DNA of 64,000 nt from Akkermansia muciniphila. GTDB taxonomy: Bacteria; Verrucomicrobiota; Verrucomicrobiia; Verrucomicrobiales; Akkermansiaceae. Of this stretch, positions 10,193-19,682 are shown piece by piece. Each line of letters starts with the position of its first letter. The stretch's first letter is position 1. Below the pieces are notes generated by a model. It saw nothing but the letters and a program-made list of their open reading frames with translations. It ran no database searches and was not told the origin of the DNA. Location: the NCBI GenBank assembly GCA_945879075.1, contig CAMCUY010000003.1, positions 1,259 through 65,258 on the forward strand. Reading direction: 5' to 3'. The translations under genes and the position numbers were made by a program.

Positions 10193-11719
10193 ATGCGCCC
10201 CATACACACGCTTCCCCTGCTGTTCGTCCTCACCGCCTGCGAGCCGCGGAAATCCGAACCCGCCGCCCAAGCACCCGCAGCCCCCGCGGAAGCCCCCGCC
10301 CCGCCCCGCGCGGACCTCAAGGCCTCCGTGGTCCGCATCAACGCCACCCAGCAATCCTGGAATCCCGGCCAGCCTTGGGAGAAAAACCCGCCTAACCAAC
10401 GCCGCGCCCTCGCCGCCATCGTCGGTCCGCAGCGCGTCATCACCACCTCCGAACTCGTCGCGGACGCCACCTACCTCGAATTCGAATCGCCCGACGGCAC
10501 CCATTTCTCGCAGGCCAAAGTCATCGCCGTGGACTACGAAGCGAATCTCGCCCTGCTAGGTCCGGCCGACGAAACGGAAGGAAAGCTCCTGTTCGAAAAA
10601 ACCACCCCCTTGGAAATCACCGCGCCCCCGAAAATCGGCCAAGCCCTGGAAATCCTACAAATCGAGGAAAACGGCCAGACGCTCCTCACCCCCGGCAGCC
10701 TCCAGAGCATCGACGTCACCTCCAATTTCCTCCCCGGACACGGCTTCCTCACCTACCTCGTCAAGGCGTCCATGCAGAGCGCCGCTAGCAGTTATTCGCT
10801 GCCCGTCGTCCACGATGGGAAACTCACGGGCGTACTCATCAGCTATAATTCCAAGGACCAGATCTGCGACGTCGCCTCCACCGACATCATCTCCCGCTTC
10901 CTCCAGGAAAGCGCGGACGACGACTATCAGGGTTTCCCCAGCCTCGGGATTTCCATCGCCCGCACCGAGGACGCATCTCTCCGGCAATGGCTGAAACTCG
11001 CCGACGACCAGGGCGGAATCTACATCCAGACCGTCCGCAAAGGCGGCGCCGCCGAGACCGCCGGCGTCAAGAAAGGCGACGTCCTGCTCGCCATCGACGG
11101 CCAGGCGATCGACCGCCGCGGATACTATCAGCACCCGCACTACGGCAGCCTGTTCTGGGGCCACCTCATCCGCGGGGAGAAGTCCACTGGCGAGTCCGTC
11201 ACCCTCTCGCTGTTGCGCGAAGGACAGCCGCTGGAACTCAAACCCGTCCTCACGCGCGAGGAGGAAAGCGCACGCCTGGTCCCCGGCTATAATTTTGACA
11301 AGGCCCCTAACTTCCTGATCAAGGGCGGCCTCGTCTTCCAGGAACTTTCCCGCCCGCTGATGGAAGCCTACGGCGAAAACTGGCAGAGCCGCGCGCCGCT
11401 CAATTTCCTCGACGCGATGGAGAATCCCGAGAAATACGAGAACCAGATGAACCGCGTCGTTTTCCTGAGCGGCTCCATCCCCACCCCCGCCACCGTCGGC
11501 TACGAAAGCCTGCGCAACCTCATCGTCCGCAAGGTGAACGGCAAGGAAATCAAGGACATGAAGACCCTCATCGCCGCGTTCAAGGGCAACCTGAACGAGC
11601 GCCATTCCATCGAGTTCGTCGAGGAAGACTTCACCGTCTATCTGGACGACGCGGTCGCCACCGGCGTGGACGCCCAACTTCTCCAGCGCGGCATCACCCG
11701 CCTGTCCCGCGCGGAGTGA
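10193..11719 (+). CDS. Deg2/HtrA-like lipoprotein (trypsin fold plus two PDZ domains), probably catalytically inactive
   Basis: Lipobox LTAC; Deg2-like layout (VVRINATQQSWN..QPW, FPSLGI..., GDVLLAIDG) but TTSE, EANLALL and AASSY at the triad positions. Confidence 0.8.
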   Translation: MRPIHTLPLLFVLTACEPRKSEPAAQAPAAPAEAPAPPRADLKASVVRINATQQSWNPGQPWEKNPPNQRRALAAIVGPQRVITTSELVADATYLEFESPDGTHFSQAKVIAVDYEANLALLGPADETEGKLLFEKTTPLEITAPPKIGQALEILQIEENGQTLLTPGSLQSIDVTSNFLPGHGFLTYLVKASMQSAASSYSLPVVHDGKLTGVLISYNSKDQICDVASTDIISRFLQESADDDYQGFPSLGISIARTEDASLRQWLKLADDQGGIYIQTVRKGGAAETAGVKKGDVLLAIDGQAIDRRGYYQHPHYGSLFWGHLIRGEKSTGESVTLSLLREGQPLELKPVLTREEESARLVPGYNFDKAPNFLIKGGLVFQELSRPLMEAYGENWQSRAPLNFLDAMENPEKYENQMNRVVFLSGSIPTPATVGYESLRNLIVRKVNGKEIKDMKTLIAAFKGNLNERHSIEFVEEDFTVYLDDAVATGVDAQLLQRGITRLSRAE

Positions 11720-11794
11720 CCGGTCAAGCTCGGCGGGCGCGAATTCGCCGCGCTGGAAACATTTCACCAAGGCTTCAGGGGAGGGCATTGGCCG

Positions 11795-11824
11795 CTTGAC
11801 TGACAACTTGACTTACGCTTGACT
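11795..11824 (+). promoter_or_regulatory. Three CTTGACT direct repeats upstream of the Fic gene (candidate operator or -35 region)
   Basis: CTTGACT at 11795, 11807 and 11818, ending 7 nt before the ATG. Confidence 0.5.
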
Positions 11825-11831
11825 CATTTCA

Positions 11832-12839
11832 ATGGCCTACGAACCGCAATTCACGATCAGCCCTCGCCTGCTCTCGCTGGTCGAGATGATCGCCGCGTTG
11901 CGCGAGCGGATTCAGGGCGCAGCGGTGGAGCTATCGTGGATTCCCGCGCTGCAAAAAGACACGCGCACCCGAAACGTCCACGCGTCCACTGCCATCGAGG
12001 GAAACCCGCTGACTCTGGAGCAAGTGCGGGCCTTGGAGGAAGGTCGTGATCTCGTCGCCTCCGATGGTCGCTCCAGCCGCGAGGTTTTGAACTACTTCGC
12101 CGGCCTGCGCTACGTGGAAAAACACGCCATGAAGAAGTCCATCCGCCACGAGGATCTCTTCGAGCTGCACCGAATTCTGGCAGACACCGTGATGGATCAA
12201 GGAACCGCGGGAAGCTACCGGACCATTTCCGTGCGAGTGGGCAATCACTTCCCGCCGGCCGCCCTCGATGTCTCGGGGTTGATGTTCGAGCTGTTGGACT
12301 GGTGGAACAAGAAGTCCGTCGAGTTATCCCCGGTGCTCAGTTCCGCCATCCTGCACTATCGTTTCGAACACATCCATCCGTTCGCCGATGGCAACGGGCG
12401 GACGGGCCGGGCATTGGCACTCTGGGAGCTCTATCGAAGGGGATTCGACAGTCATCACATTTTCTCAGTGGACGAATATTATTGGGAAGACCGTCCCGGT
12501 TACTATGCCGCACTGGACGCCGTGCGCGTCGCGGGCGAGGACCTCACCGGCTGGCTGGAATACTCCGCCGAGGGAATCAGACAGACGCTGGAACGCGTGT
12601 GGCTGCGTGTGCAGACTTACAAAGTGAAGTCTCCGGAGAAGCTTGTTCTGCGTCCCAAGCAGGAACACCTGCTCAAACTTCTGCGCGACCACGGCAGCAT
12701 GTCGCCAGCCGAAATATGGGAGACACTCGCCGTTTCAAAACAAGGAGCGATGGATCTGATACGCCCGCTCCTGGAAGCCGGACTCTTGGAAAAAATAGGC
12801 ACCAAAAAAGCAGGACGATACTCCCTCAAACCATCATGA
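11832..12839 (+). CDS. Fic-domain protein (class II-like) with C-terminal winged HTH
   Basis: HPFADGNGRTGR Fic motif; N-terminal STAIEGN inhibitory-type motif; C-terminal LLKLLRDHGSMSPAEIWETLAVSKQG. Confidence 0.93.
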   Translation: MAYEPQFTISPRLLSLVEMIAALRERIQGAAVELSWIPALQKDTRTRNVHASTAIEGNPLTLEQVRALEEGRDLVASDGRSSREVLNYFAGLRYVEKHAMKKSIRHEDLFELHRILADTVMDQGTAGSYRTISVRVGNHFPPAALDVSGLMFELLDWWNKKSVELSPVLSSAILHYRFEHIHPFADGNGRTGRALALWELYRRGFDSHHIFSVDEYYWEDRPGYYAALDAVRVAGEDLTGWLEYSAEGIRQTLERVWLRVQTYKVKSPEKLVLRPKQEHLLKLLRDHGSMSPAEIWETLAVSKQGAMDLIRPLLEAGLLEKIGTKKAGRYSLKPS

Positions 12840-13969
12840 GCCAAGACGTTGTTTCCCTTCTCCAGCAGCTTGTCCGCATTCCCTCGGTCAATCCCGACAA
12901 CGCCCCGGGCACCGAACAGACCGGCGAGGAGACGCTCGCCATCTTTCTGGCAGGCTGGCTGGAATCCATCGGCGCGGAGGTGGTGCTTGAGGAAATCAAG
13001 CCCGGCCGGCCGAACCTGATCGCCCGCTTCGCGCCGCTCGACGGGCGGCCGCGGATTCTGCTGGGACCGCACCTCGACACGGTCGGCGTCGGCGGGATGA
13101 CCGTCGAGCCCTTCGGCGGCGAGATCCGCGACGGCAAGCTCTGGGGCCGCGGCGCGTCGGACACGAAAGGCCCGATGGCGGCGATGTTGTGGGCGCTGCA
13201 CGACCATCAGGACGTGTTGGCGGATTTGCCGGTGGCAGTGGATTTCGTCGCGTTCATGGGCGAGGAATCCGGCCAGTGGGGATCGAAGCATTTCGTGAAA
13301 CGGCACGGCAAGGATTACAGTTTCGCGCTGGTCGGCGAGCCGACGTCGATGCAGGTCGTCCACGTGACGAAAGGCTCGCTGTGGGCGACTTTGCGCGCCA
13401 CCGGCAAGGCGGCGCACAGCTCGCAGCCGGAGCGCGGGGAGAACGCGATTCTCAAACTCACCCGCGCGCTTGACCAGCTCGACCACCACCTCGGCGGCCA
13501 GCTCGCCATCTTCACCCACCCGGTGCTCGGCCGCTCGACGATGAACGTCGGCATGATCCGCGGCGGCGCGCGGCCGAACATCGTGCCGGATCTGGCAGAA
13601 GCGGAAATCGACATCCGCATCACTCCCGCGCTCGCGGCGGCGGGCGGCGCGCTGAAGCTGCTCACGGAAACCCTCGCGTTTTTCGACCTGCCGATCGGCA
13701 TTGTGAATCCGCACGAGAATCCGCCGATGGAAACGGCGGCGGATCACCCGATGATCCAAGCGCTGCTCGCCACCGACCCGGCCACCGGACTGGCCGGCGC
13801 GCCGTGGTTTTCCGACGCCGCGCATCTGTCCAGCGGAGGGATTCCCAGCATCTGCATCGGCCCGGGCTCAATCGACCAAGCGCACACGGTGGACGAGTTC
13901 ATTGAAATCTCCGCGCTCGAACAAGGAGCCGCGTTTTTCTCCGCCTTCATCGGCGGCTTGCAACGGTAG
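12836..13969 (+). CDS. M20 family metallopeptidase (ArgE/DapE-like deacylase)
   Basis: GPHLDTV, GRGASDTKG, MGEES, GEPT, GKAAHSS, GPGSIDQAH; ATGA overlap with the Fic stop. Confidence 0.9.
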   Translation: MSQDVVSLLQQLVRIPSVNPDNAPGTEQTGEETLAIFLAGWLESIGAEVVLEEIKPGRPNLIARFAPLDGRPRILLGPHLDTVGVGGMTVEPFGGEIRDGKLWGRGASDTKGPMAAMLWALHDHQDVLADLPVAVDFVAFMGEESGQWGSKHFVKRHGKDYSFALVGEPTSMQVVHVTKGSLWATLRATGKAAHSSQPERGENAILKLTRALDQLDHHLGGQLAIFTHPVLGRSTMNVGMIRGGARPNIVPDLAEAEIDIRITPALAAAGGALKLLTETLAFFDLPIGIVNPHENPPMETAADHPMIQALLATDPATGLAGAPWFSDAAHLSSGGIPSICIGPGSIDQAHTVDEFIEISALEQGAAFFSAFIGGLQR

Positions 13970-13981
13970 CCAAACCGCGGG

Positions 13982-14010
13982 TTGCGCGGGAAAAAAATGC
14001 CGTTTACGAT
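13982..14010 (+). promoter_or_regulatory. Sigma70-type promoter, probably giving a leaderless mRNA
   Basis: TTGCGC-17 nt-TACGAT; ATG at 14016 is 6 nt after the -10 box. Confidence 0.6.
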
Positions 14011-14015
14011 GCGCC

Positions 14016-14975
14016 ATGTCTTTTGCCTGTGAGAATGGCCGCTGCAAGACTCCCTGCTGGATGCGGAGAGTGCTGCTGGCCGCCGGATTCTATCATCTAC
14101 TGTTCGCCGTCTGGGCGAATTGCTGGCCGCACCTGTGGTTCGACTGGATCGGCATGGAGCAGCCAAACCATCCTATCCTCTGGCAGGCCGTCGGCTTCCT
14201 GATGGGATTCATGGGGCTCGGTTTGGTGCTCGCAGCGAAAGATCCGGTCAAGCACTGGGTCATGGTCCTCGTCGGGTTCACCAAATTCACCCTCGGTATC
14301 ATCGCATTCGGCGTCGGTCTGTTTCAAGGAGACATTCCTCTGCGTTCGATCTGGATGGTGATGGTGGCCGACGTCATCTGGTGGGCTCCTTTCGCGGGCA
14401 TTCTCTGGGCTTCGCTGCGGGCTCACGCGGGGGTTCCGCCGATGCGGTCCGAGCCGCTGAGCATCGCCGAGGCGGCTGCAAGCTACTCGCTTTCCAACGG
14501 AAAAACGCTGGCGCAGGCATCCGAGTCCAAGCTGCTCGTCCTCGTTTTCCTCCGCCACTTCGGCTGCACCTTCACCCGCCAGATCCTCCGCGGCCTTGAG
14601 AATATCCAGAAGGAAGCCCATGCCCACGGGGCCGAACTGGTGCTCGTCCACATGCTGCAAAACGGCAAGGAAACCCGCTACCTCGGCGAGCGCAGCGGCG
14701 TCGCCCGCATCGCCGACCCGCGCTGCGAGCTTTACCGCGCCTTCGGTCTTGGAAAAGGCGGCTTCATCGAGCTCTTCGGCCCGCACGTCTGGTGGCGCGG
14801 CGCGCTGGCGATTTTCAAAGGCTGTGGTGTGGGCCACCTCGCGGGAGACGGTTTGCAAATGCCCGGTGCCTTCCTTTTCCGCGACGGCCAAATTATTTCG
14901 TCGCAGCCGGCCCGCTCGGCGGCGGACCTCCCGGATTTGTCAGAGCTCTTCAAATCATTGCCCGCGCCCGCATGA
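14016..14975 (+). CDS. Membrane-anchored AhpC/TSA-2 (PRXL2/SelL-related) thioredoxin-fold protein
   Basis: N-terminal four hydrophobic helices, then LVFLRHFGCTFT, IADPRCELYRAFGL, GDGLQMPGAF. Confidence 0.75.
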   Translation: MSFACENGRCKTPCWMRRVLLAAGFYHLLFAVWANCWPHLWFDWIGMEQPNHPILWQAVGFLMGFMGLGLVLAAKDPVKHWVMVLVGFTKFTLGIIAFGVGLFQGDIPLRSIWMVMVADVIWWAPFAGILWASLRAHAGVPPMRSEPLSIAEAAASYSLSNGKTLAQASESKLLVLVFLRHFGCTFTRQILRGLENIQKEAHAHGAELVLVHMLQNGKETRYLGERSGVARIADPRCELYRAFGLGKGGFIELFGPHVWWRGALAIFKGCGVGHLAGDGLQMPGAFLFRDGQIISSQPARSAADLPDLSELFKSLPAPA

Positions 14976-15676
14976 CATCGCTGCAAGGGAAAACCCTGCT
15001 CGTCACCGGCGCGTCCAGCGGCATCGGCCAGGCACTTTGTGAACTCCTCGTCGAGCGCGGGGCCAACGTCCTCGGCGTCACCCGCCGACCGTCCTCCCTC
15101 TCCGCAGACGTCTCGCCGATTCTCGCGGATCTGACCCAGCGCGAGCAGGTTTCCTCCATTTTCCAAGGCTTGGGGAAAATCGACGGGCTGGTGAACTGCG
15201 CGGGCACCGCCTACCTCTCGCGGATCATCGACGGCAACCCCGCCGACTGGGAGGAAATGTGGCGCGTCAACGTGATGGCGCTAACACTCTGCTGCCAACT
15301 CTCGCTCAAACACTTCCCCGCCAGCGGCGGGCGCATCGTCAACGTCTCGTCGATGAGCGGCCACCGCGTGCCACCCTCCGGCGGATTCTACGCGCCGACC
15401 AAATTCGCGGTCAGGGCCATCACCGACGCGCTGCGCGCCGAGCTCAAGGCCGTGAAATCGCCGATCCAGGTCGCCTGCGTTTCCCCTGGCTACGTCGATA
15501 CGCCGCTGTTGGATTCCTATTTTCTCGGCCGCGAGCAATCGCTGGCGCAGACCCGCGCCGCGATGAAAATGCTCGAGCCCGCCGATGTGGCGTGGGCGAT
15601 CCTCACCATCCTCGAAGCGCCCGCGCACGTTGAGATTGGGGACATCCTGATGCGCAGCGCGGAGCAGCAGATGTGA
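14972..15676 (+). CDS. Short-chain dehydrogenase/reductase
   Basis: [26 protein letters not shown] (YxxxK). Confidence 0.92.
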   Translation: MTSLQGKTLLVTGASSGIGQALCELLVERGANVLGVTRRPSSLSADVSPILADLTQREQVSSIFQGLGKIDGLVNCAGTAYLSRIIDGNPADWEEMWRVNVMALTLCCQLSLKHFPASGGRIVNVSSMSGHRVPPSGGFYAPTKFAVRAITDALRAELKAVKSPIQVACVSPGYVDTPLLDSYFLGREQSLAQTRAAMKMLEPADVAWAILTILEAPAHVEIGDILMRSAEQQM

Positions 15677-16185
15677 ACGCGGTGGAAAAACTGGACAGCC
15701 CGAACCAGCCGTTTCACGGTCTGCACATGGATTTCAAAAACATTTTCGCCCCGCGGGGTGTCAAGGCAGCCGTCGAGGAAGGCGCGGATTTCTCCCCGAA
15801 ATTCGACGCCGACGGCTTGGTCCCGGCGCTGGCGATGGACGCGACGACCCTCGAACCACTGATGCTCGCCTACATGAACGAGGAGTCACTGCGGCGGACG
15901 CTGGAAATAGGCGAGGCGGTTTACTGGTCGCGCTCGCGGCAGGAATTCTGGCACAAAGGCGCGACCTCCGGCCACATCCAGCGGATCGTGGAAATCCGCA
16001 CGGATTGCGATCAGGACGCGTTGATTCTCATGGTCGAGCAAATCGGTGCGGGAGCCTGCCACACCGGCCGGAATTCGTGCTTCTACCGCAAGGTGGTGGC
16101 GGCCGTGAGCGGCGAGACAACGAAATTGGAGCTCATCGGCCCCGGAAAGTCGTTCGATCCGGCGGCGGTTTATGGAAAACCATGA
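15673..16185 (+). CDS. hisI: Phosphoribosyl-AMP cyclohydrolase (alternative start 15727)
   Basis: [40 protein letters not shown]. Confidence 0.95.
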   Translation: MNAVEKLDSPNQPFHGLHMDFKNIFAPRGVKAAVEEGADFSPKFDADGLVPALAMDATTLEPLMLAYMNEESLRRTLEIGEAVYWSRSRQEFWHKGATSGHIQRIVEIRTDCDQDALILMVEQIGAGACHTGRNSCFYRKVVAAVSGETTKLELIGPGKSFDPAAVYGKP

Positions 16186-16204
16186 ATTTCGAGTGATTTC
16201 GCGG

Positions 16205-16233
16205 TTGCAATCCACAAACTGATCCAGTAGCTC
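16205..16233 (+). promoter_or_regulatory. Putative sigma70 promoter of rplS
   Basis: TTGCAA-17 nt-TAGCTC; AGGAGG ribosome-binding site before the ATG at 16307. Confidence 0.4.
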
Positions 16234-16306
16234 TGCCGCCCCGCGCGTCAGGCACACCGCAACGACACCCGCAGGCAGCACATTATTTTCCGCGAAGGAG
16301 GACCCC

Positions 16307-16657
16307 ATGCACATCATTAAGAAGATCGAATCAGAGCAATTGAAGCAAGACGTCACCGAGTTCAACGTCGGCGACACCGTGAAGGTCCATTGCCGGGTTG
16401 TTGAAGGTGGCAAAGAGCGCGTCCAGATCTTCGCTGGCATCGTTCTGGCCCGTGGCGGTTCCGGCGTGAACGCCGCGTTCACTGTCCGCAAGATTTCCTA
16501 CGGCGAAGGCGTCGAGCGCGTTTTCCCGCTCCACACCCCGCGGATCGCGAAAATCGAAGTCACCAACCGTGGCAAAGTCCGCCGCGCCAAGTTGCACTAT
16601 CTCCGCGAGCGGGTCGGCAAGCGCGCCCTCCTCGTCAAGAGCGCCGGCAACAACTGA
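16307..16657 (+). CDS. rplS: 50S ribosomal protein L19
   Basis: [47 protein letters not shown]. Confidence 0.98.
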   Translation: MHIIKKIESEQLKQDVTEFNVGDTVKVHCRVVEGGKERVQIFAGIVLARGGSGVNAAFTVRKISYGEGVERVFPLHTPRIAKIEVTNRGKVRRAKLHYLRERVGKRALLVKSAGNN

Positions 16658-16681
16658 TACGGCCAATTTGGTTTTTCTCTC

Positions 16682-16722
16682 AAAACGCTCCACCGGGTTT
16701 CCGGGCGGGGCGTTTTGTTTTT
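16682..16722 (+). terminator. Rho-independent terminator after rplS
   Basis: aaaacgctcc-a-ccgg/gttt/ccgg-gc-ggggcgtttt hairpin followed by gttttt. Confidence 0.6.
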
Positions 16723-16778
16723 AGCGCGGCGTGAGATTTCCGCTTTCCGGCTGCGGAAGTCCGCGCCACCTTGCCGCC

Positions 16779-17729
16779 GTGCGCGTCCCCATTCCAGTGG
16801 TCATCTTCCTCGTCCTCGCCGTCGCCGGGGGGACGTGGTGGGGCAACACCCGCCAGATGGATTTCGTGACGCCGCCGTCCGAGGCGAAACTGGCGGCGAC
16901 CCGGGTGAAAATCGAGTCGTCGCTGCCGCAGACCGACCAAGTGGACGATGCGATTTCCGTCCCCGCAACGGCTCCGCCCCCGCCGCCGGTCGAGCCCCCC
17001 AAACCGGTCGTTGAACTGGGCGATTTGACGATTCCACCGAGCTTGCAAGACTACCGCGTGCGGTCTAAGGAGGGCTCCGCCCATCTCATCGAACTGGCGA
17101 CGCTGCTTGAGGAAAAAGAGGAATTCCAACGCGCCTTGCTGGCTTGGGAGCGGGTCATCGATCTGACCCATCCCGACGAAGGCCAAGCCGCCAACGCCAT
17201 TTCCGCGATCAAACGCCTGCGCCCGACCCTGCCGGATTGGAACGCCAAACCCGAAACCGCCATCACCCTCTCTCTACGTGCCGGAACTGCGAAAAATGGC
17301 GCGAAAACCCTCACTTCCACCCTCGAAGGCGTCGCCCGTGATTTGGAACGCGCGTCCTCGGGCATCGTGAAAATCAAAACCACGGTCACCGCCGGCAAGA
17401 TCAGCAGCATCACCCAGGGTCCCGCGCCCGTCGCCATTTGGCTCGCCGGCCCGGAGAAAAAATCGGTCTTCACGGAAGTGCGCTCGTTCACAACAGATTC
17501 GCCCGACACCCTCCGCGACGATATTTTGAAGACGGTTTTCCTGCTCATCCAGAGCCATCTGGGCCGCGCCACCGCCTACACGCCGCCCGCCGGTCTGGCG
17601 GCTGGCGAAAGCCCGCAGGACGCGCTCAGCTTCCGCGTCACCCGCCTGTGCTGGAGCGAATTCGCCACCACCCTGAATCAGCCGCCGAAAAAAACCGCAG
17701 CCCCCGAAAACGGTTCTAAGATTCGCTGA
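16779..17729 (+). CDS. Hypothetical membrane-anchored protein with Pro-rich linker and TPR-like helix pair
   Basis: GTG start, N-terminal hydrophobic anchor (PIPVVIFLVLAVAGGTWW), PPPPPVEPPKP, LIELATLLEEKEEFQRALLAWERV. Confidence 0.7.
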   Translation: MRVPIPVVIFLVLAVAGGTWWGNTRQMDFVTPPSEAKLAATRVKIESSLPQTDQVDDAISVPATAPPPPPVEPPKPVVELGDLTIPPSLQDYRVRSKEGSAHLIELATLLEEKEEFQRALLAWERVIDLTHPDEGQAANAISAIKRLRPTLPDWNAKPETAITLSLRAGTAKNGAKTLTSTLEGVARDLERASSGIVKIKTTVTAGKISSITQGPAPVAIWLAGPEKKSVFTEVRSFTTDSPDTLRDDILKTVFLLIQSHLGRATAYTPPAGLAAGESPQDALSFRVTRLCWSEFATTLNQPPKKTAAPENGSKIR

Positions 17730-17763
17730 CGCCCGGGCGTTTCACCAGACAGACAATTTCAAA

Positions 17764-18495
17764 ATGCTTTTCCGTAGCCTCATCCTTGTCCCGATTTGTG
17801 CATCGTTGGCGCTGGCCCAAGACAGCGCGCCCATCGCGGAGCCAGTCAACCCCTCGGTGGTCAAACTCAGCGAGACAAAATACCAAATCGGCGCGGTGAC
17901 TTTCGACCAAAAGACCCGGGAAATCCGCTTCCCCGCGAAGGTGAACATGGAGGAAGGACTTATCGAATACCTCATCGTCCTCGCCCAAGGCAAAGTCCAC
18001 GAAGCGCTGCTGATCACCGAAATTTCACCCACCCACCTCAATCTCGCCTTCTCCCTGCTGCGCTTCACCGCCTCGCGCGAGCTTTTCGTGATCCCCGACG
18101 AGGACGGTCGCCTGACGGACAAATATCCCGATGTGCCCGCCGCCATCAAAGCCGGTGCCCGCATCGCCATCGATGTGGAATGGGATGACCAAGGCCGCAC
18201 CCGCCGCGTCCCGATCAACGACTGGATCCAACATGCTGTGAAAACCACCGCCATGGACGCGGGACCGTGGGTTTACAGCGGCTCGGATTTCAACGAAGGC
18301 AAATACGTCCCGGAAATGACCGGCGACATCGCCTCGATCCTCATCTCTCCGGCCGCGATCATCAACTATCCCGGCACCGACAATCAGGACGATACCGCAT
18401 GGGTCGCCTTTCCCAAAAGGGTGCCGCCGCCAGAAACAAATGTCACCGTGATCATCGCTCCTTACTCGAACACTACCCCTCTCCCGAAACCATGA
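17764..18495 (+). CDS. Exported YdjY-domain-like protein
   Basis: Signal peptide; REIRFPAKVNMEEGLIEYLIV..GKVHEALL and WVYSGS resemble the YdjY-domain family (recalled). Confidence 0.65.
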   Translation: MLFRSLILVPICASLALAQDSAPIAEPVNPSVVKLSETKYQIGAVTFDQKTREIRFPAKVNMEEGLIEYLIVLAQGKVHEALLITEISPTHLNLAFSLLRFTASRELFVIPDEDGRLTDKYPDVPAAIKAGARIAIDVEWDDQGRTRRVPINDWIQHAVKTTAMDAGPWVYSGSDFNEGKYVPEMTGDIASILISPAAIINYPGTDNQDDTAWVAFPKRVPPPETNVTVIIAPYSNTTPLPKP

Positions 18496-19640
18496 AATTC
18501 CTTTCCTCCTTGCTCATCCTCGGCACGGCCATCGGCAGCGCCGCGGGAAAAGCCCCCGGCCGCCACGAGTCCCTCAAACAGGAAATCCGCCAGTCGATCG
18601 CCCGCGGCAACGCCTGGCTCAAGACCCAGCAGAAACCCGACGGCAACTGGGACGACGGCGAACTGCCCGCCTTCACCGCGCTCGCGCTCACCGCCCTCGC
18701 CCGTGACCCGAGCCTGGACCGCAAGGCCCCGTTTCCCGAACCCGTCGAGAAAGGCTTCACCTGGCTGCTCGCCCAACAGAAAGAAGACGGCGGCATCTAC
18801 AACCGCGGCCTGTCGGTTTACAACACCGCCACCGCCGTGACCGCCTTCGTCGCCGCCGGCCGCGAGAGCTACGAGCCCGCCATCGTCAAGGCCCGCAAGC
18901 ATCTCATCGCCAACCAATGGGACATCGACAAGGCCAAGGAAACCGACAACCCGAACGACGGCGGCGTCGGCTACGGCTCCAAAAACGACCGCGCCGACAT
19001 GTCCAACACCTACCTCGCCATCGAGGCGCTCGCGCTTTCGAAAAAGGTCATCGAAGACGGCAAACATGGCGACCAACCGGACCTCGACTGGGGTGCCGCC
19101 GTCACCTTCCTCTCGCGCTGCCAGAACCTCGAGGAAACCAACGACCGCGAATGGGCGTCCAACGACCCGAACAACAAAGGCGGATTCATCTACGGACCTA
19201 ACGAAACCAAAGCCGGCGAAGAGAAGCTCCCCAACGGCCGCACCGCGCTCCGCTCCTACGGCTCCATGTCGTATGCCGGGCTCCTGTCATTCATCTACGC
19301 CAAGGTCAGCGCCACCGATCCGCGGGTCCTCGCGGTCAAGGAATGGCTCGGCAAAAACTACACCCTCACCGAAAACCCCGGCATGGGAACCCAGGGTATC
19401 TACTATTATTATCAGACCATGTCCAAGGCGCTCACCGCCGCCAACGTGGACAACCTCAAACTCGCCGACGGCAGCGAAGCCGACTGGCGCAACGACCTCG
19501 GCCACAAGATCCTCACCGCCCAGCGCGAGAACGGCTCTTGGATTAATGACAATGGCCGCTGGATGGAGTCCAACCCCGTCCTTGTCACCGCCTACACCGT
19601 GCTCTCGCTGGAGCAAATTTACGACTCGATCCCGGAGTGA
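18492..19640 (+). CDS. Exported prenyltransferase/squalene-cyclase-repeat (alpha/alpha barrel) protein
   Basis: QW-type repeats WLKTQQKPDGNW, WLLAQQKEDGGI, AQRENGSW; DMSNT; YGSMSYAGL; ATGA overlap with the upstream gene. Confidence 0.85.
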   Translation: MKFLSSLLILGTAIGSAAGKAPGRHESLKQEIRQSIARGNAWLKTQQKPDGNWDDGELPAFTALALTALARDPSLDRKAPFPEPVEKGFTWLLAQQKEDGGIYNRGLSVYNTATAVTAFVAAGRESYEPAIVKARKHLIANQWDIDKAKETDNPNDGGVGYGSKNDRADMSNTYLAIEALALSKKVIEDGKHGDQPDLDWGAAVTFLSRCQNLEETNDREWASNDPNNKGGFIYGPNETKAGEEKLPNGRTALRSYGSMSYAGLLSFIYAKVSATDPRVLAVKEWLGKNYTLTENPGMGTQGIYYYYQTMSKALTAANVDNLKLADGSEADWRNDLGHKILTAQRENGSWINDNGRWMESNPVLVTAYTVLSLEQIYDSIPE

Positions 19641-19682
19641 TCCTTTCTTGATTCCACGCGCTGGAATTCCGAATGTCCTCAA

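Noticed and set aside
10655-11806. Long antisense ORFs (also 12617..13825, 24782..25984, 34241..35464, 38735..39967, 41660..43051, 52120..53811, 56223..57899)
   Set aside because: They are shadows of well-supported genes on the opposite strand, expected in high-GC DNA, and show no motifs.
18492-19640. Calling the QW-repeat protein a squalene-hopene cyclase
   Set aside because: It has no DxDD motif, a single barrel and a signal peptide.
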